NCBI GenBank assembly: GCA_965285935.1
Contig: OZ260664.1
Coordinates: forward strand, 93,806,001-93,870,000
DNA: 64,000 nucleotides
Origin: Ophelia neglecta
Lineage: Eukaryota
Reading direction: 5' to 3'
A program made the position numbers and the translations under genes. Position 1 is the first letter of the stretch. The number at the start of each line of letters is the position of its first letter. The notes beneath the pieces were generated by a model that saw only the letters and a list, made by a program, of their open reading frames with translations, was not told where the DNA came from and ran no database searches. This document shows, piece after piece, positions 23,101 to 36,143 of the stretch.

Positions 23101-23680
23101 TCTCATTACATTCACGCCGCGGCAGCAGCACATTACACCAGTGCTAAAACAACTTCACTGGCTACCTGTCAACAGGAGAATAGAATACAAAGTTCTCTTG
23201 ATGACATACAAAGCGCTCAATGGACTTGCCCCTCAATACATCACCGACCTTCTACAGATATACCAACCACCTCGTCTGTTAAGGTCAAGCACCAGGTCAC
23301 TGCTCACCGTTCCTCGCATGAGAACTGAAACCTACCGTCAGCGATGTTTCATGTATGCTGCACCTCACTTTTGGAATGAACTCTCGAATGGTTTAAAACA
23401 TGCAAAAACTGTGATGTCTTTTAAAAGAAGCCTGAAAACCCATCTTTTTATCAAAGAATACAATTGAAACAATTTGCATTTTAAATAACTAGATTATATT
23501 TTATACATTATACGTAAATTTTAATATTTTTAGCATGAAATTTTATACCATGGACTTACTTTTATTTAATCATGTTAATGTAACTGTAAATTGGTCATGC
23601 TTAAATGTAAAGCGCTTAGAGCTTTGTATAAGCGCTGTATAAGTACATGTATAATAATAATAATAATAATAATAATAATT
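20139..23680 (+). mobile_element. Single-ORF L2/CR1-group LINE inserted in the MULE SWIM exon
   Basis: Removing it restores the MULE reading ..HLGIE|DLYDPSL..; (TAA)n tail at 23651-23680; no TSD. Confidence 0.9.
20333..23467 (+). CDS. APE endonuclease + RT (L2/CR1 group) with in-frame post-RT deletion
   Basis: INVRS, LTETW, EDLNFH (G to E), LDH, PQGSVLGP, YADDTQ. Compared with the 4872-8138 ORF, ~55 aa are missing between FSPKQN and KIRRFM. Confidence 0.93.
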   Translation: MALSSLCQEVVMLGLYLVSILTMCFGANIQTVNAGFHGQTIRQNCQSGIITVSNHSQYRGTRGGSWRAKHCILNTTGLLDTIPTIISNRRAVSRCESSQSGCNQTILVSVPMTNQSRNKTLTCANSQQTASGPLNVCCINVRSVKNKTLSVSDYITTNSIDVLALTETWLGTTVDTVIIGELVPNGYDILHAPRPDGRIGGGVALIYKKEISIKLVNSTADKMFTHFEHINCVVSQKNSRVHLCVIYRPPPSRANGLKTSIFFDEWSSFLEQIHEVVPDIVIMEDLNFHLNKESDHDCRRLLSLLDSHNLVQHVSKATHIKGHVLDVVITREDSHILEAEPVVQKTCIGTDNGTTLLDHFAVFVNLNIEKPRAAKKSVSYRKLKSLSISDFKQDIVGCEKLQPVGISVDDLTEHYNSGLQCILDRHAPVIAKTFTVRPHSPWYTDDLRETKRERRRAERAWRKSGLQVHAQIFSDISAKANYLLDRAKQDYLRDKVDQASGNSKELFKVTRELAGDKGDIILPSHSSSEHLAERFSDFFLTKIVTIRNKLGHSNSQRNFLPSEYETVFDGLPLVCLDPATPEKIQKLIMKSPNKACEADPIPTWIVKDCVGELAPMITEIINRSLSSSHVPASFKRAIVRPLLKKSGMDKELLKNYRPVSNLPFISKILEKVVAKRIDHHITSNSLADNLQSAYRSGHSTETALLRVQADIASALDQGSVAVLIMLDLSAAFDTLDHKIMLQRLDNMYGIRGAALSWIASYLEKRNQCVTINGTESREKSFCFAVPQGSVLGPKLYTLYCKPVGAIIKDHNMNYHSYADDTQIYLVLKSRSEVLKSVNEIEQCVAEIQAWMEVNMLKLNQDKTEIMFFSPKQNKIRRFMSEDVCKTLVQALVISRLDYGNILLVGLSKCLLQQLQSVMNFAARLITFTPRQQHITPVLKQLHWLPVNRRIEYKVLLMTYKALNGLAPQYITDLLQIYQPPRLLRSSTRSLLTVPRMRTETYRQRCFMYAAPHFWNELSNGLKHAKTVMSFKRSLKTHLFIKEYN

Positions 23681-24442
23681 CTTCAATACCAAGGTGGCGA
23701 CGGAAGGCTCAAATGTGTCGACAAGGTAAATTCATCGATTTCCAAAAAGTACACTGACACATCTTGGCTGATACAATGATATGACCCTCACTGGAGTTGA
23801 AAGGAGCAGAATCCTCGGTTGTCTCCTGAAAAACAACTTTCCCTACAAGCTGCTTCTGCTTGATTAAGAAATTGAAGGCATATGCAGTCAGGAGGGAAGC
23901 ATACTGATACCCAGCTGGCCAGGTATACTGGGGCCGAAGGGGGATTTTCTGCTGCATGTTCAAGGCATGGTAATCCCTCTCTTGTCGCAGACTGTTGATG
24001 GACTGGATAAAATCATGGAAGAAAACTACCATGTCGCTGTAAAAATGGAGAAATTTGTTAGATAAAAAATTTAATATCTGAAAAAATTATGGAAAACTTT
24101 AGTTAGGTTTACACAGATAGTGTATCAAGTGTACAAGCTATCTATACTTTCACAGAAAACACTAGATGACTATACTTTCAAACCTTATATTTACTATTTT
24201 GTAATACAACAGCTTTAATATATTTGTTTTTCTGCTGCTTGCATACCTATGCTTACTAACAGTCCTCTTATATATATATATCTTTATTGACCTCCACTTT
24301 CTGGAGAGTATTAACCACATACATACATTTCCTATATACATATACATATTTACATAATTATATACAATCAACTGTACAGCGTGACACTAGGGTTTATACA
24401 TAGGTTATACAAAGGCCTAGTGATATGGTAAGCAAAATTAAA

Positions 24443-27400
24443 TCATAAAATCAAAACTGCCAGTGATTTATGTGCTTTCGGTACGTATATTCTTTTATAA
24501 TACATGCTGCGTAAAATGGTTAGTACAACAGGTATGGCATCGGCCGGGTAATTTGAGCTATCTAATATCTGAGCGCATGGGCTCGCCTGAGTCCCACATA
24601 AGACTCGTCTCAGGGAGAAAATTAGGTCCCTCTCCCCCTCAAGAGCCGGGCATCGAAGTAGAAGATGGCTGAGGTTATCTCCCTGTGCATCGCATAAGGG
24701 GCAGCGGTCCACTGCGTCGGTTATGTATTGTCCCGCATGTGAGAATAATGCCGATGTTTTGGTTAGCAATTTCATGATAATTTGACAGCTGTGTACCTCA
24801 GGCATTGTACGTGCAGACACCCACCAATCCAACAATTTATAGCCTCTCACTACAGAATTGAAATCGTCAAGAGCAGAGCAGGTGAGACGCTGAATTTCCC
24901 ACTCATTCACCATCCTATTGCAGGTTACCATCCAGGAGTGTGCTGACCAGTGAGATTTGGTCGGAACTATTCCATTCAGAAGCCACGAGTCCAAGGTTAA
25001 CTCGAGGTTGTACTTTCGGAAAGTAGCCGCCAATACTCCAATAGGGCTCTTTTTCGGAATATACTCGTAATGTCTACCCGCGGACAGGACTCTGATAGCC
25101 AGTTTTCTATAAATACTGGCAATGGGCAATGCCATGATGTTTCTGAGTAGCTGTAGTCTCTTGTGGTCAAGGTACTGCTCAATGCTGCACCATCCCAGTG
25201 AGGCCAAGACGGCGGCATTTGGTGTCTGTGGGGATAGACCTTGAATCCGTTTGGCCGCTTCTCTGTGAAAAGTCCCCAAAATTGCCGCGTGAGAGTAGTC
25301 TAGATGAAGGATTTCAATTCCATACAAATAGCTTGGAACAACAACAGTCCAATACAGATGACTCAAAGTTTTTGTGTTCAGGCTTCCATTTGTTGTCCCA
25401 ACGCCCAGAAGTGCGTTCAGTTGTTTCCTGCCTTTCGCCACGCGATCTTTGACCAACTGTTTAAGGTCGGCTTGTTTTGGTGTTAGTGGTACTCCCAAAT
25501 GGCTGGACTTCCCGACCACGGGCATTGGACCGTTGCCCAGCCTTATATTAGGGGGTTCTTTATCCAGATTCTCGCCAAATTTGATCAGCTCACACTTTTC
25601 TACATTAAAGTCCATTCTCCATTTACCACAGAAGGAGTCAGCAGTGTTACAGAGCATCTGGAGACGCGATTCGCTAACCGATACAAGAGTGATATCATCC
25701 GCAAAACCTGGGCAGGAGACGTCTATCCCGTACAGAGAGCATGACATCACAGGCCCATATGTACCATCCAGTTGGGTTAACATTTCCATCAGTTCGTTGT
25801 AGAAGAGGGTGAACAATAGCATTGACAGTTTCCCTCCCTGGTGCAGGCCTTGCCTTACATCGTACCAGTCAGACAACCTGTTTTCTATTTTGACGGCGCT
25901 CTGGAAGTCCGTGTAGCATTTCCTGAGTAACCGGAATAGCTTGCCCTTTATCCCCATGGTATAAATCTTGTAAAGCAGACCGTTGGTCCATACGGAGTCA
26001 AATGCCTTTCTGCAGTCCAATAGGGCCACATACACATTCGCACCCTTATCTACTCTCTCTTCTATTGCTTGTCTCAACAGTATTGTGGAGTATAAACTTG
26101 AACAACCTTTCTGGTGGGCACCCTGCAGAGGATGAATGATGGAATTGTCAAAAGTCCACGCTTCAAACCTAGTCAATATGACACCCTCCAGGATTTTTCT
26201 CAGAGTACTTAACAGTGTGATCTTTCTGTAGCTGTCCTTAAGGAGAGGGTCTTTTTTTCCGCCCTTGAAGAGTGGAACCTCCAGACCTCTACGGAGGTTT
26301 ACAGGTATGTATTCGTGCTCCACAATAGAATTTAACAGAAATACGAGTGTTTTGACAATTGCACGACCCCCATGTTTCACATGCTCTGAAGTGATCCTGT
26401 CATGACCGGGTGCTTTTCCTAGTTTCATCTTGTTTATGGCAAACGAGAGCTCTTCCTCATCAAAGGGTTTTCCGAGGATAGCATCGTCAGCTCTTAATGA
26501 CTCTCTATCAAAATGTTCAAGAGATTCTTCCACGCTTAGTTTGAAGTTGTTGTCATAACGCCCATCGTCTTTGGGAGTTGCCAATTTCTCAAGGTAGGTT
26601 TTCCAGTCTTATCTTACGTCACGGGCATCAGTGAGCACTTTGCCGTCGTCCGACCTAATCATATTATTTCTGCTAGAGGTTTTTATTCCTCTCCTGCGAT
26701 TGACTAATCGCCAATAGTAGTTAAGGTCCATTTCACCCGTTGTTATCATCTCGTTTTGTTCCTTTTCTTCGTCTTCGTGCTCAGCTTTCCGCCGTTCCAG
26801 TCGGTACGACCGTTTAGCGGCTTTGTACTGGATAAAGACTGGGTTGGAGGGGTCCCGTGGTTTTCCGGCCATCACCCATTTGTGGAAAGTCTCTTTTTGT
26901 GATGCCTTCACTGACGATAAGTGTTTATTCCAGTATGGCTTTAGCCATGGCTTGTAGCGCTTTGACGGGATAGCACAGTTTGCCGTTTCATTGAGAACAC
27001 GGGTGAGTTCATTTGTAAAGGACTCGATTTCGTTTGAGTCGTTCAAGTGCCTCTGCTCGATCACAAGTGAGTCCAGGTTCACAGATACCTTATCTGTATA
27101 TAGTTGCTTTATCTCTTCCTTGTTGAGCTTTTTCCAGTTTGGTATTTCCTCAATTGGCAACTCAGTACAGGCCTTTTCAGGGGATGGGAGCTCAATTTCT
27201 GTGATAATAGGGAGGTGATCAGATGTGATACATATATCATCATTTAATACTTTGCAATCTTTTACATTGTCATACAACTGTGCAGAAAATAAACAGTGGT
27301 CAATATAAGAGGTACAACCATGATACCCAATATAGGTATAATTCGGGCCATGACATTTACTAGTTATATCAACTGGTATCATTGCGTTTTCTACTATAAC

Positions 27401-27949
27401 ATTCATGAGGTAACTACCATTCTTGTTCACCTTTACACTGCCTCGAGGTCCCATGAATTCACCAAGCTGAACATTCAAGTCGCCAAGAACAATGACTGGA
27501 CCCGTTTGGTTACATCTTTTAACAGTGTCATTTAATATATCAACCACCTCTGAGAACACGGACTGTTTGCATCGATGTTAAGGTAAGTACACAGATAAAA
27601 TGCTGAGAGAGAACCATTCTGAATTAACGATCTTAATGCCACATATGCGGTCAGATGGTATATTACGCAGTTCATGAACACAGTGACCAATACTTTTAGA
27701 GTAGAGTAATGCTACTCCCCCACTGCCAATAATACGCCCATAGTTTTCTCCTTTCAATGAGCTACTAGCTCTACACACAGCATGGAAATTATCATTTACA
27801 TTAGTAAGTCTGTTAAGTTCATGGGGATATAAGAAGTGCTCACATAACGCTAAAATTTCACATGAATCTAATAAATGATTGATATACTCTTTTGACCCGG
27901 CTAAGCCTCTACAATTCCATTGTCCCAGTTTTATAGTTTTGTAATCCAT
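24443..27949 (-). pseudogene. ORF2 (APE + RT + C-terminal CCHC knuckle) broken by frameshifts
   Basis: WNCRG, LCEH, GDLN, IDH, SDH; LDCRKAFDSV, QGLHQGG, FADD; CPLC..HLLLRC. Confidence 0.9.
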
Positions 27950-27959
27950 ATCTAATATC

Positions 27960-29396
27960 TGTTAGTGTATCGTACACCTTTGTATATTGGGGGAGTATAG
28001 CCGTAGCTGTCAAGTCGGTCGTCCCTTTGATCATAACTCTCCCGTCGCTGACGCGTTTCCCACTTCCTACACGTAATATCGTCCGGCCAATTTTCGTCTC
28101 GAAGAGCGGTGTGGATTTGGGCGCTATTCGCATTCCTGATACCCCTCCTCCGATCAGCATATTGTTGCTGGATTGGAGAATCCTGGTTACCGCGCTCAGC
28201 TTCCTGGCGATTTCAGGGCTTGGGAAATTTTTCTTTGTGTTCTTCTAGACATCGACACTTCCCATGAATTTTCGTCTACTTGTGGTATTTGGGCACACGG
28301 TAGACCGGGCCATTCCATTTGTTGATCGATCGCATCCTCTTCTGTCCTGCTTTGAGTTTGGTTGCGTCCTCCTACCTTGCTGGGGTTTCCCTCTGTTGGC
28401 CCCGCAAGAACATCTCCGTACTTCTCCTGTTGGTCTGTTCCTGCCTCTGGAGATTCCTGACTGACATGGGGAATGGCTGTATCGGAGACTTGCGTTTTGC
28501 CAACATGTTCTGTCAAACTAACGTCTGTCGTGTTCGAGAGTGGTATGCCATACTTCTCCAGTTCTCCCCTTAGCTTCAGATTATCTTCTTCTAAGATTTT
28601 GACACGTTTATCTAACTTGTCAAGCTGGGCGTCATAACTTTCACGAATACTGTCTATCACTACATTCTGTTTGGTTTCTTTTTCCTTGGACAACGCGATA
28701 AACTCATTCAGCCTTATGGACAAATCCAGCAATGATTTGTCCCGGATTGCCTCTGTTGTTTTCAACTCTGCTGCGTTTCCCGAATTCTTGAACAGGTGCT
28801 TCGGAAAGTCTTTCTTCATTCCCGTAGTGAAGAGACAGAGTTCAAATATATCTTCCGACACCGTTGATAGACTTTTCTCCATCTGCTTTTTGTCCTTGCC
28901 CATCCGCCGATCCTTCAGAGTAAAGCAAATCTTGTCCAAGTTTGCATTTTGTTCAGTGGAAGAGTGCCTGAAGGTTTCCAGAGCCAAGAGTCCCAAAAAC
29001 TCCCTGGCGTGAAGAAGAGCTTCCGCTTCTATGTCATCCCGAAGCTCTTTAGTTATGTCAAACTTTCCCCTGTCTTCTATGCTACTCAGGATGTGTCTTA
29101 TAGTTCCGTCGAGTTCCTCATATTGTAGAATCTTTTGCTGCGGGGAAGCATCATCCTGAGAGATTTGCGCCTCCATGACTGTGAGAGTGTCTTTCATTGG
29201 TGAGAGTAACCTTAGGCTTATTGGTATTGTTCGCCGCCCCCTGGGATTGGAAACCGTGACATACTACTTCACGTACACAAGCGATCAGTATGCAGGCTGC
29301 CAGGAGCGTAACTCCCATGAAAGATACTACTTTCGTTCCAGTCCGACCGGTGGCATGCGCTTTCACAGTTTTAATTTTGTCGAGGTTGCACAACAC
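27960..29396 (-). pseudogene. ORF1 of the RTEX/Proto2-like LINE (coiled coil), frameshifted
   Basis: ORFs 29151-29396, 28196-29197 and 27909-28160 lie upstream of EN in the same orientation; heptad segment LDKLDKRVKILEEDNLKLRGEL. Confidence 0.7.
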
Positions 29397-32300
29397 TGGA
29401 ATTGACAGGCTTGATCATCTCACGATACAGATTTCTTTGTGGGCGATATTATATGTCTCTGGGTGATTTTAACGCAAAAAGTCTGTTTTTCAAACCTCTT
29501 TCCACGAATGATCTTGGACGTTCTTTCCGGTAGATCCAATCCTGTCACACAACACTTGAGAGTCGGCTGATACTTGTGAATATATATCGGATATCGCACT
29601 AATTTCGGAGGACCGCTATGAACACAGGTTCAGTCAGGTTCAGTCAATGCATATATAATGTTGAATCTTGAACTTGTTATTCTTTAATATTGAACTTGTT
29701 ATTCAAGCTCTCTAATCTGTTGTTGGTATGGGTTTGAAGGGTCATGTTTTCATTAGGCCCACTACCCACTGCTCACGAATATTCCACCAATGTGTCTCAA
29801 AGTATTCTGTCACCTATCAAAAAAACAACAAATGACATACACATATTATGAAATTAAGAAAAAATAGTAATTAATGGGCTAGTGAAAAAATGGCAATTAA
29901 AAAAGCTTATACAATAATGAAATTCTTATAATGGCCACATTATCAATAGGCCAATATTAATATCTATGGCATATATATATACTTACCCACACAGACTTGT
30001 ATAAACTACCTATAGAGACTGTTATGTAATTCTATGCTAAGATAAAATTAATTTTATATATTGTGTGTTTTTTATGGTGCTGTAAATAAACTTTGTCAAA
30101 GTTGAGAACTCATCAACCTTGGCCTTTTCAAGCTTACCCTCTCTTATGTTTTAAGTCCAGTGCTACGATAAATATACTTACTACACACCTTTACAATATT
30201 CAGGTCTTTTAGCTGCTGGAATAGTGAATGAACTTGGTCATCACACCGGGAATGTGCCATCTTGTTAAGGATTTCCAGAACAGTCAATTGCTGCTCTTCA
30301 ACCAAATCCATTTTAGCAGTGGTAATCTGGAAAGAACAAATGGGATTACAAAATAGGAAAATATTGCTAATGTATATAAGCCTGATCAGTCAGCGTCTAG
30401 TTATAACTAATCGGGATAATGGCACAATATATATACCATACCATATACAAAATATTACCATGTGGTAAGATCCGATATAAATCCCTGCACAAACAAGCAT
30501 CATGGAATCCATACACAAACTACAATGACATAAACAATGACAACAAATAAGGCCTGATATTCTGCAATGAATTCGTCACAATATCATATGACCAACATAC
30601 CCCACGGTTGAAAATGTTCAGGACATGGTAAAGGCAAAGAAGTGGCTTTGCGTCTGGCAAACATTGTCTGATGACTGCCCTCACAGTTGCATCCTTGTCT
30701 GTCATAAACACTCCCACTTCTATCCATTTCGGGTTCATTTCTTTAAATTTGTCCATCAAGTAGGTCAGGGTCACACTGCAGGGATATTATAAATCAATTA
30801 CAAATGAAAATTCATTATTTCTTAAAATACATTGTAACAAGAAAAAATGCTAACAATTAAGAAAAAAGGGACAAATCAGTTCCCAATATATGTTTTCAAT
30901 GGGGTGTGAGAAAGTGAGATACGTGAAAAGGTCTATGCATAAATGAAATTCTTACATGTCCTGTCTCACTGGCATCCACACACACACCACTTCACTTTGA
31001 CCATTGCCATCAACAACCAACATCACATACACTGGGATGCTCAAGTTGTTTAGCTTGTATGTGGCATCTAAGAGAAGAAGTGTGGGGAATGCATCAAACA
31101 CCTTCCTCATCTCCTCGTCCTGTTAGTAAATGGCCTGCTAGTTGCCATCCTCGTCTGCCATCACATCAACAAGAGATCCTAAAAGTGAATAAAATTAAGT
31201 TTCAACAAATTGAATAATCGATCAGGCTAAAATATTAATAAGGAAATATTAATAATTTTAAATTATTAAATATTAATAAGGAAATAATTTTTCTACTAAA
31301 TTCAATATATATTCTTCCAAAAATGATGCAAACATAATAGGCAAACATAATATGTTAAAGCATGTGTATTTACCTAATCATAATTTGTTCATGTATCAGA
31401 GTTAATTAATGGGTTTAATTTTTCCTATTTTTTACCTGGTTGTTGCTTCATAGCGCCAACCAAGTCCTCAACAGTGGACTGGCCAGGGGGTCAACGCTTC
31501 CTGTCTTGTTGTGCAGATCTTTCAGCATTACCGTTTGACCAGTGGCTTCCCTAACATGTTGTTGAATTAATACTTTGGAAGCTTTGACTGCCAACATCTT
31601 CTGAACATCTTGGTTTATGGCTCCCTCGAGCCGTCTCTGGCGAGGTAAATCCATAAAGGCTTTCTACAATGTGAAAAAAATAATCAGCAGTGTTCTGCAT
31701 AAATTATGACAGGTACAAAACTTTAGAGTGTCATTTGATATTGAGATTGGTTTATTATGAAGAACAGGGGTGAATAATAGGCATAATGAACATATCAGCA
31801 GTAGAGGGTTAAAAAATGCCATAATGATACAATTTTGAAATTTACTGGCCTGTACAAAGGCCTTTATGAATGATAATATAGTATTTTTACCTTGGATAAA
31901 GGGGGATTGTGCTGGTCACATTTATCTGCCAGATAAAGTGAGGATCCATCTGGTGTCATCTTAAATTTCATAAAGAAGGAGCATCCAGTTTTTATGGTGT
32001 TTGTCTTTGGCCTAGCACCAGTGCCTTTGGACTCATACTTTCCAGTCTTCACACATTCTCACTGAAAGGCCACATTCACAAGTTCATCATTGATCGGCCT
32101 GTTGGGAGCTTTCTTCCTATATGCTGTGACAGAAGTTGCTCTTCTCCTTACAAGTTGCACACTATGAAAGTCTTTATAAGTTTTCTGAGCAGTCTGTACT
32201 TCTTTCCAAGAGTTGAAAGGTCCATCGAGGGTATGTATTTCTGGGAATGAGAAATATCAGTATGTATATGGCCTTTTTACTGCCCACCAAATAAGAATTG

Positions 32301-33542
32301 CACTTATCCTGAGTAACATTTCCTCAGTGCCAAAGAAGTGAATTGCGTTGTAAACTATTATAATTGGCATTGGTCATATATTTGCTTCACCTACTGAATC
32401 CAAACTGATTATAATTTTTACAGCGTCACCTAAATGACGTGTTTTAAACCGTTTTAAACTATACCAATAAGCATTAGATGCTTTGATAATTGGCTTTGAT
32501 GACCCTTACGTATATTTGCTACACCGACTGTTTTCTAACTGAGCAAAAAGATTTGTCACATGTGTTATAATTTGGGAAAACAATGTACTACAATTGACAT
32601 TGAATAGCTTTGAAGTACCTTAGCTTCACCTGATGAAAAAGTAAAATTTCGCCAGTTCACAGACATGACAAACATGTATGCGCTTAATAATAATAACAAT
32701 AATAAAAGTGTAAATGACATCTAGGCGCCATAGCAGTTGGCATCAAAGACATTAAGTGTAAAGCAAATAGTAAGATACGAAGGATTTCTTACCATCCATG
32801 ATGAACACTTATCAGTTATCTGCCACTGTGACCACTGGTAACTTTCCATTTAGTAGGTGTAAAAGAATATGGGACTTCTGTGGAACTACTCAACCTTAAA
32901 AGAAGTGACTTAAAATAATTTCTCATCCTCTATCCAAGTATACTACTTGTAGATCATGCTAAATGCGAATTTTCTTTGCAACAGGAAGTTAGCCTGGGTC
33001 ACATGTATAAAAAACATTTCGACAATAATCAGTTAAAGTAGGTTGCATAATTTTTTTGTTACATTAATTCACACATTGTAAGAAATAAACGGTGAAGATA
33101 AAAATTGTTGGCAAATATTTCATTCTTTCTTTGAGCAAGCTATACTCCGCGCCGTATTTATTTGAGACCGAAGCTCGGACATACCTTTTGTCCCATTTGG
33201 CCGCCAAGAAAGCTACGGATGCCGTTCAAACTCGGCATGCGATCTTACCGATATAAATGGCAATATATTCTGCAAAAATAATATCACAGAATATATTTTC
33301 CTAGGTTCTCTCCATCTGGCCCCATTGAAAATAATAGCAGCTAATGTGAAAACCTCGGTGAAATGCTCATATCGCCGCCATGACGATGTTCCTCTATGAC
33401 GTCATCGCCCACAAAAATGGCGCCAAAAATTTGATGACATCTGCTAACATTTCAATTAGGCACAATCGCACAACAAGTAAACTTTCCGGCTTTTATTGAA
33501 TAACTGGTAGACATGCCATAGTCCCTTTCTCAACATCACAAG

Positions 33543-34860
33543 TACATTACTTTAATAAGTGCGCCAAATTTGCGACTTTTCTTCAAGAAAAGCCCAAGAA
33601 TAGCGTAAGAAAGGCTCGTTTAAGAAAGTCGACCTATCAAGGAAGGCGCGTCTTTTGGAAAGTCGCCCCTTTGGGAAAGTCGCGCTAAAGAAAAAGAGCG
33701 ATCTTTCTGGAAAGACGATCTTTTAAAAAGAGCGCACTTCTATTAAAGTCCCGTTATTGAGAAAGTCGCGCCGTTATAAACACCATAATTCTGTTAACAA
33801 CCTTCCAAAAAATATCCCTGCCAGTAATGAAAAGTACGTTATCAGTTTATGCTGCGAATGCTGTAAGCTTTCAAGCCAGAAGCATTGTTCTACGAGCTAC
33901 GTGCCTAGCATACACCGACTAGGCATTGCATGCATTCATTCATCATGCATGCAAAAGCTCCGCTGGGACTTGACATAAAAATTAGTTTATTTTTGCACAC
34001 AAAAACGTGTACAGTTGCACTGTGCTTTTGTATAATACACACTCCGGCACAAAAGAGTATGTAAAAAGAGTATTAAAAATGTAATTTAAAAAACCTCCGC
34101 GTCGGACGCCTAACCAACTGTACCACAGAGACGACACCTGCCGAGGTGCCAACTCAACGAGACAGCTTTGTTCTAAACCCCAAAATTAGCTCTCCCCCCC
34201 CCCCCCCCCAACAATGTCGCAAAAACGAAGCAAGCAGCACACATCAACAACAAGTATTCTATACAGCGTGATAGGCCTAATATGTGGGACTCACATTCGT
34301 AGGCATATGAAGCAATAATTATAGCGTACTTAGTCCCAATTGAGGTCGAACGGGCGGCATTATTTTTCTCGGGAAGGAGTCGTTCGCAAGTTACATTATC
34401 ACTAGTTTACATGGCTAGTATTCAATAGTATTCAATGCAACAGCTTAACAGTAAACTCATGAATCCATGAATCCGGCGGCCAACAAGTAGCGATAGCCGG
34501 GCTTGGAAAAATGAACCAGTTTAACCGTAGGCATCGGGTGCGTTTCACAGCATTAATGTTATACAGAAACAAAGTTGTCCGTGCAAAGACAAGCACCTTT
34601 TCCGAAAGAACATGCTTTGTCTTTGATACAATCAAGCTTTCTAAAAAAGCGCGAATTTTTAGAAAGCTCCCTTGTGATATAATCACGCCTTTTCAAAAAT
34701 CACGACTTTTAGAAAGTCGCGCCTTTACAAAAGTCGCGTTAATCTTAGAAAAGGCGCGCCGGTTTGACCTAGAAAAGCGCAGGAAAAGCCCAACAAAAGC
34801 GCCGGAAAAGCTTAAGAAAAGGTAGTCAAAACTGGCGCACTTATTAATCAAAGCACTGTG
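33543..34860. mobile_element. Non-autonomous DNA element with CACAGTG (Transib/RAG-type) terminus
   Basis: Right end ggcgcacttattaatcaaagCACTGTG; degenerate left mate tacattactttaataagtgcgcc; internal aaagtcgc repeats; no TSD seen. Confidence 0.45.
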
Positions 34861-35175
34861 GCCTATACTTGTTTCATTAGGCCCAGATGTGCCCAATGGC
34901 TTTGTGACAGGATAACTGCAATTGTTGGTGATTCAGGAGGCCGTTTTTTGTGGGAAAATGCTTGAATAATTTTATTGTTACGTGGCTATTTAGGCCGATA
35001 AACACTCGGCCAAGGCACGGATTATCACTCGGTCTTGCATGCTGTGTTCATCCAGGCGTGGTCTCCAGCGTGTGGGTCTATTGTTCACGTTGCGCAGGTG
35101 TACACTTATTGCACGCGTTAGTTGGATACCAGGATATAGCAGCGGTGGTGTGGCTGCTGTCAGCTGTAGGTCAGT

Positions 35176-36143
35176 ATGTCTGAGATTAAGGGAACCAAAC
35201 GTAAACAAGACGAATCGCCCGAGGCTGAAGGTAGGAAGGGGCCCAAGGCTCTGACTAGAGTTAGCTCCATGCCGGACCTGGCTGCCTCAAGTGCACGTTC
35301 CAGGTCAGGAAACATGTCTTTTAACGACATGCTTGTACTTACCTTTAAGAACAAGAACTTTTTGGAAGAAATATCTCCAGGGCTCATGAAAGCTCTTGGT
35401 CCTGTGATTAGTGTAACCATTAACGAAACTGTTGAAAAGTTGAGAAGTGAAATATTTGACCCATTGCTGTCATCTTGTAAACGTGAAATAAGTGAACTAA
35501 AACAAGACATTACTGGTCAAACAGAAATTATAGATAAGCAATTGCAGGACATTGTAAAACAAAATACTGAAATTCAGAGGCAGAGTGATCTCATCAAGTC
35601 TCAGAGAGAGGAAATAGATTTGAAGTCTACGGAAATAGCTTCCCAGGCAGAGGAGATTAGGCAGCTGAAGGTCGACATGGAAGGTCTTTCAGTTAAACTT
35701 GATGACCTGGGCCAGTGTGGTCGGAGAAGTTCTTTGAGATTTTTTAACATTCCCCGTCAAAAAAACGAAAATACTGATCAAAAGGTTGTTGAGATGTGAT
35801 AAGTATTTGAATCAGCAGATATCTGTGGATGACATTGAAAGATCACATACTCTTGGGGCCCTCGCGGAGAAAAAACCAAATCTTGGTGAGATTTAAAACC
35901 TACAAGCTGAAATCGCAAATCTATGCATCCAAAAAGAAGTTTAAGGGTAATGATGAAGGAATCTTCATCACGGAAGATCTAACGAAGCGTAACCACGACT
36001 TGGTTAAGAATCTGCTAGATATGAAGAAAGCTGGGAAGGTTGAGGCATTCTGGACCATCGACACGAAGATTTTTGCCAGGAAAGAGAGGGATGGACAGTC
36101 TGTGAGGATCACTAGTATGGATCAGTTAGTAGACCTTGGCTGA
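35176..36143 (+). pseudogene. CR1 ORF1 (coiled coil + L1-type RRM + C-terminal domain)
   Basis: LDDLGQCGRRSSLRFFNIP..ENTD; ILVRF; FITEDLT; FWTIDTKIFAR; broken at ~35800. Confidence 0.85.

Larger units (their letters stand above)
24270..29650 (-). mobile_element. Full-length two-ORF LINE (RTEX/Proto2-like), frameshifted, in a MULE intron
   Basis: 3' end ctcc...ggagg..AATAAA followed by (TA)n at ~24270-24310; ORF1 28196-29396; EN 27578-27949 plus 26609-27559; RT 24443-26584; TA-rich flanks at both ends. Confidence 0.85.
19085..32799 (-). pseudogene. Spliced MULE/MuDR-type transposase (ZSWIM1/3-like N-terminus, DDE, SWIM, AT-hook, PHD), decayed and split by two LINEs
   Basis: Exons on minus: ATGGATG|gt (32793-32799); FNSWKEV..TIKTGCSF..HN (31890-32240, with a stop); 31440-31665; LLLDATYKLNN..VVDGNGQSEVV (30955-31180, with stops); FMTDKD..LCLYHV (30600-30777); YFETHWW..TNNRLES (~29690-29812); SWIM CQC..LPCRH (~23715-23765); KRGRPKG (~19510-19530); PHD CECCLQWYHQPC..WFCCTC (~19095-19185). 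Confidence 0.85.

Noticed and set aside
34432-34896. Lys/Arg-rich ORFs
   Set aside because: By-product of aaagtcgc-type internal repeats of a non-autonomous element.
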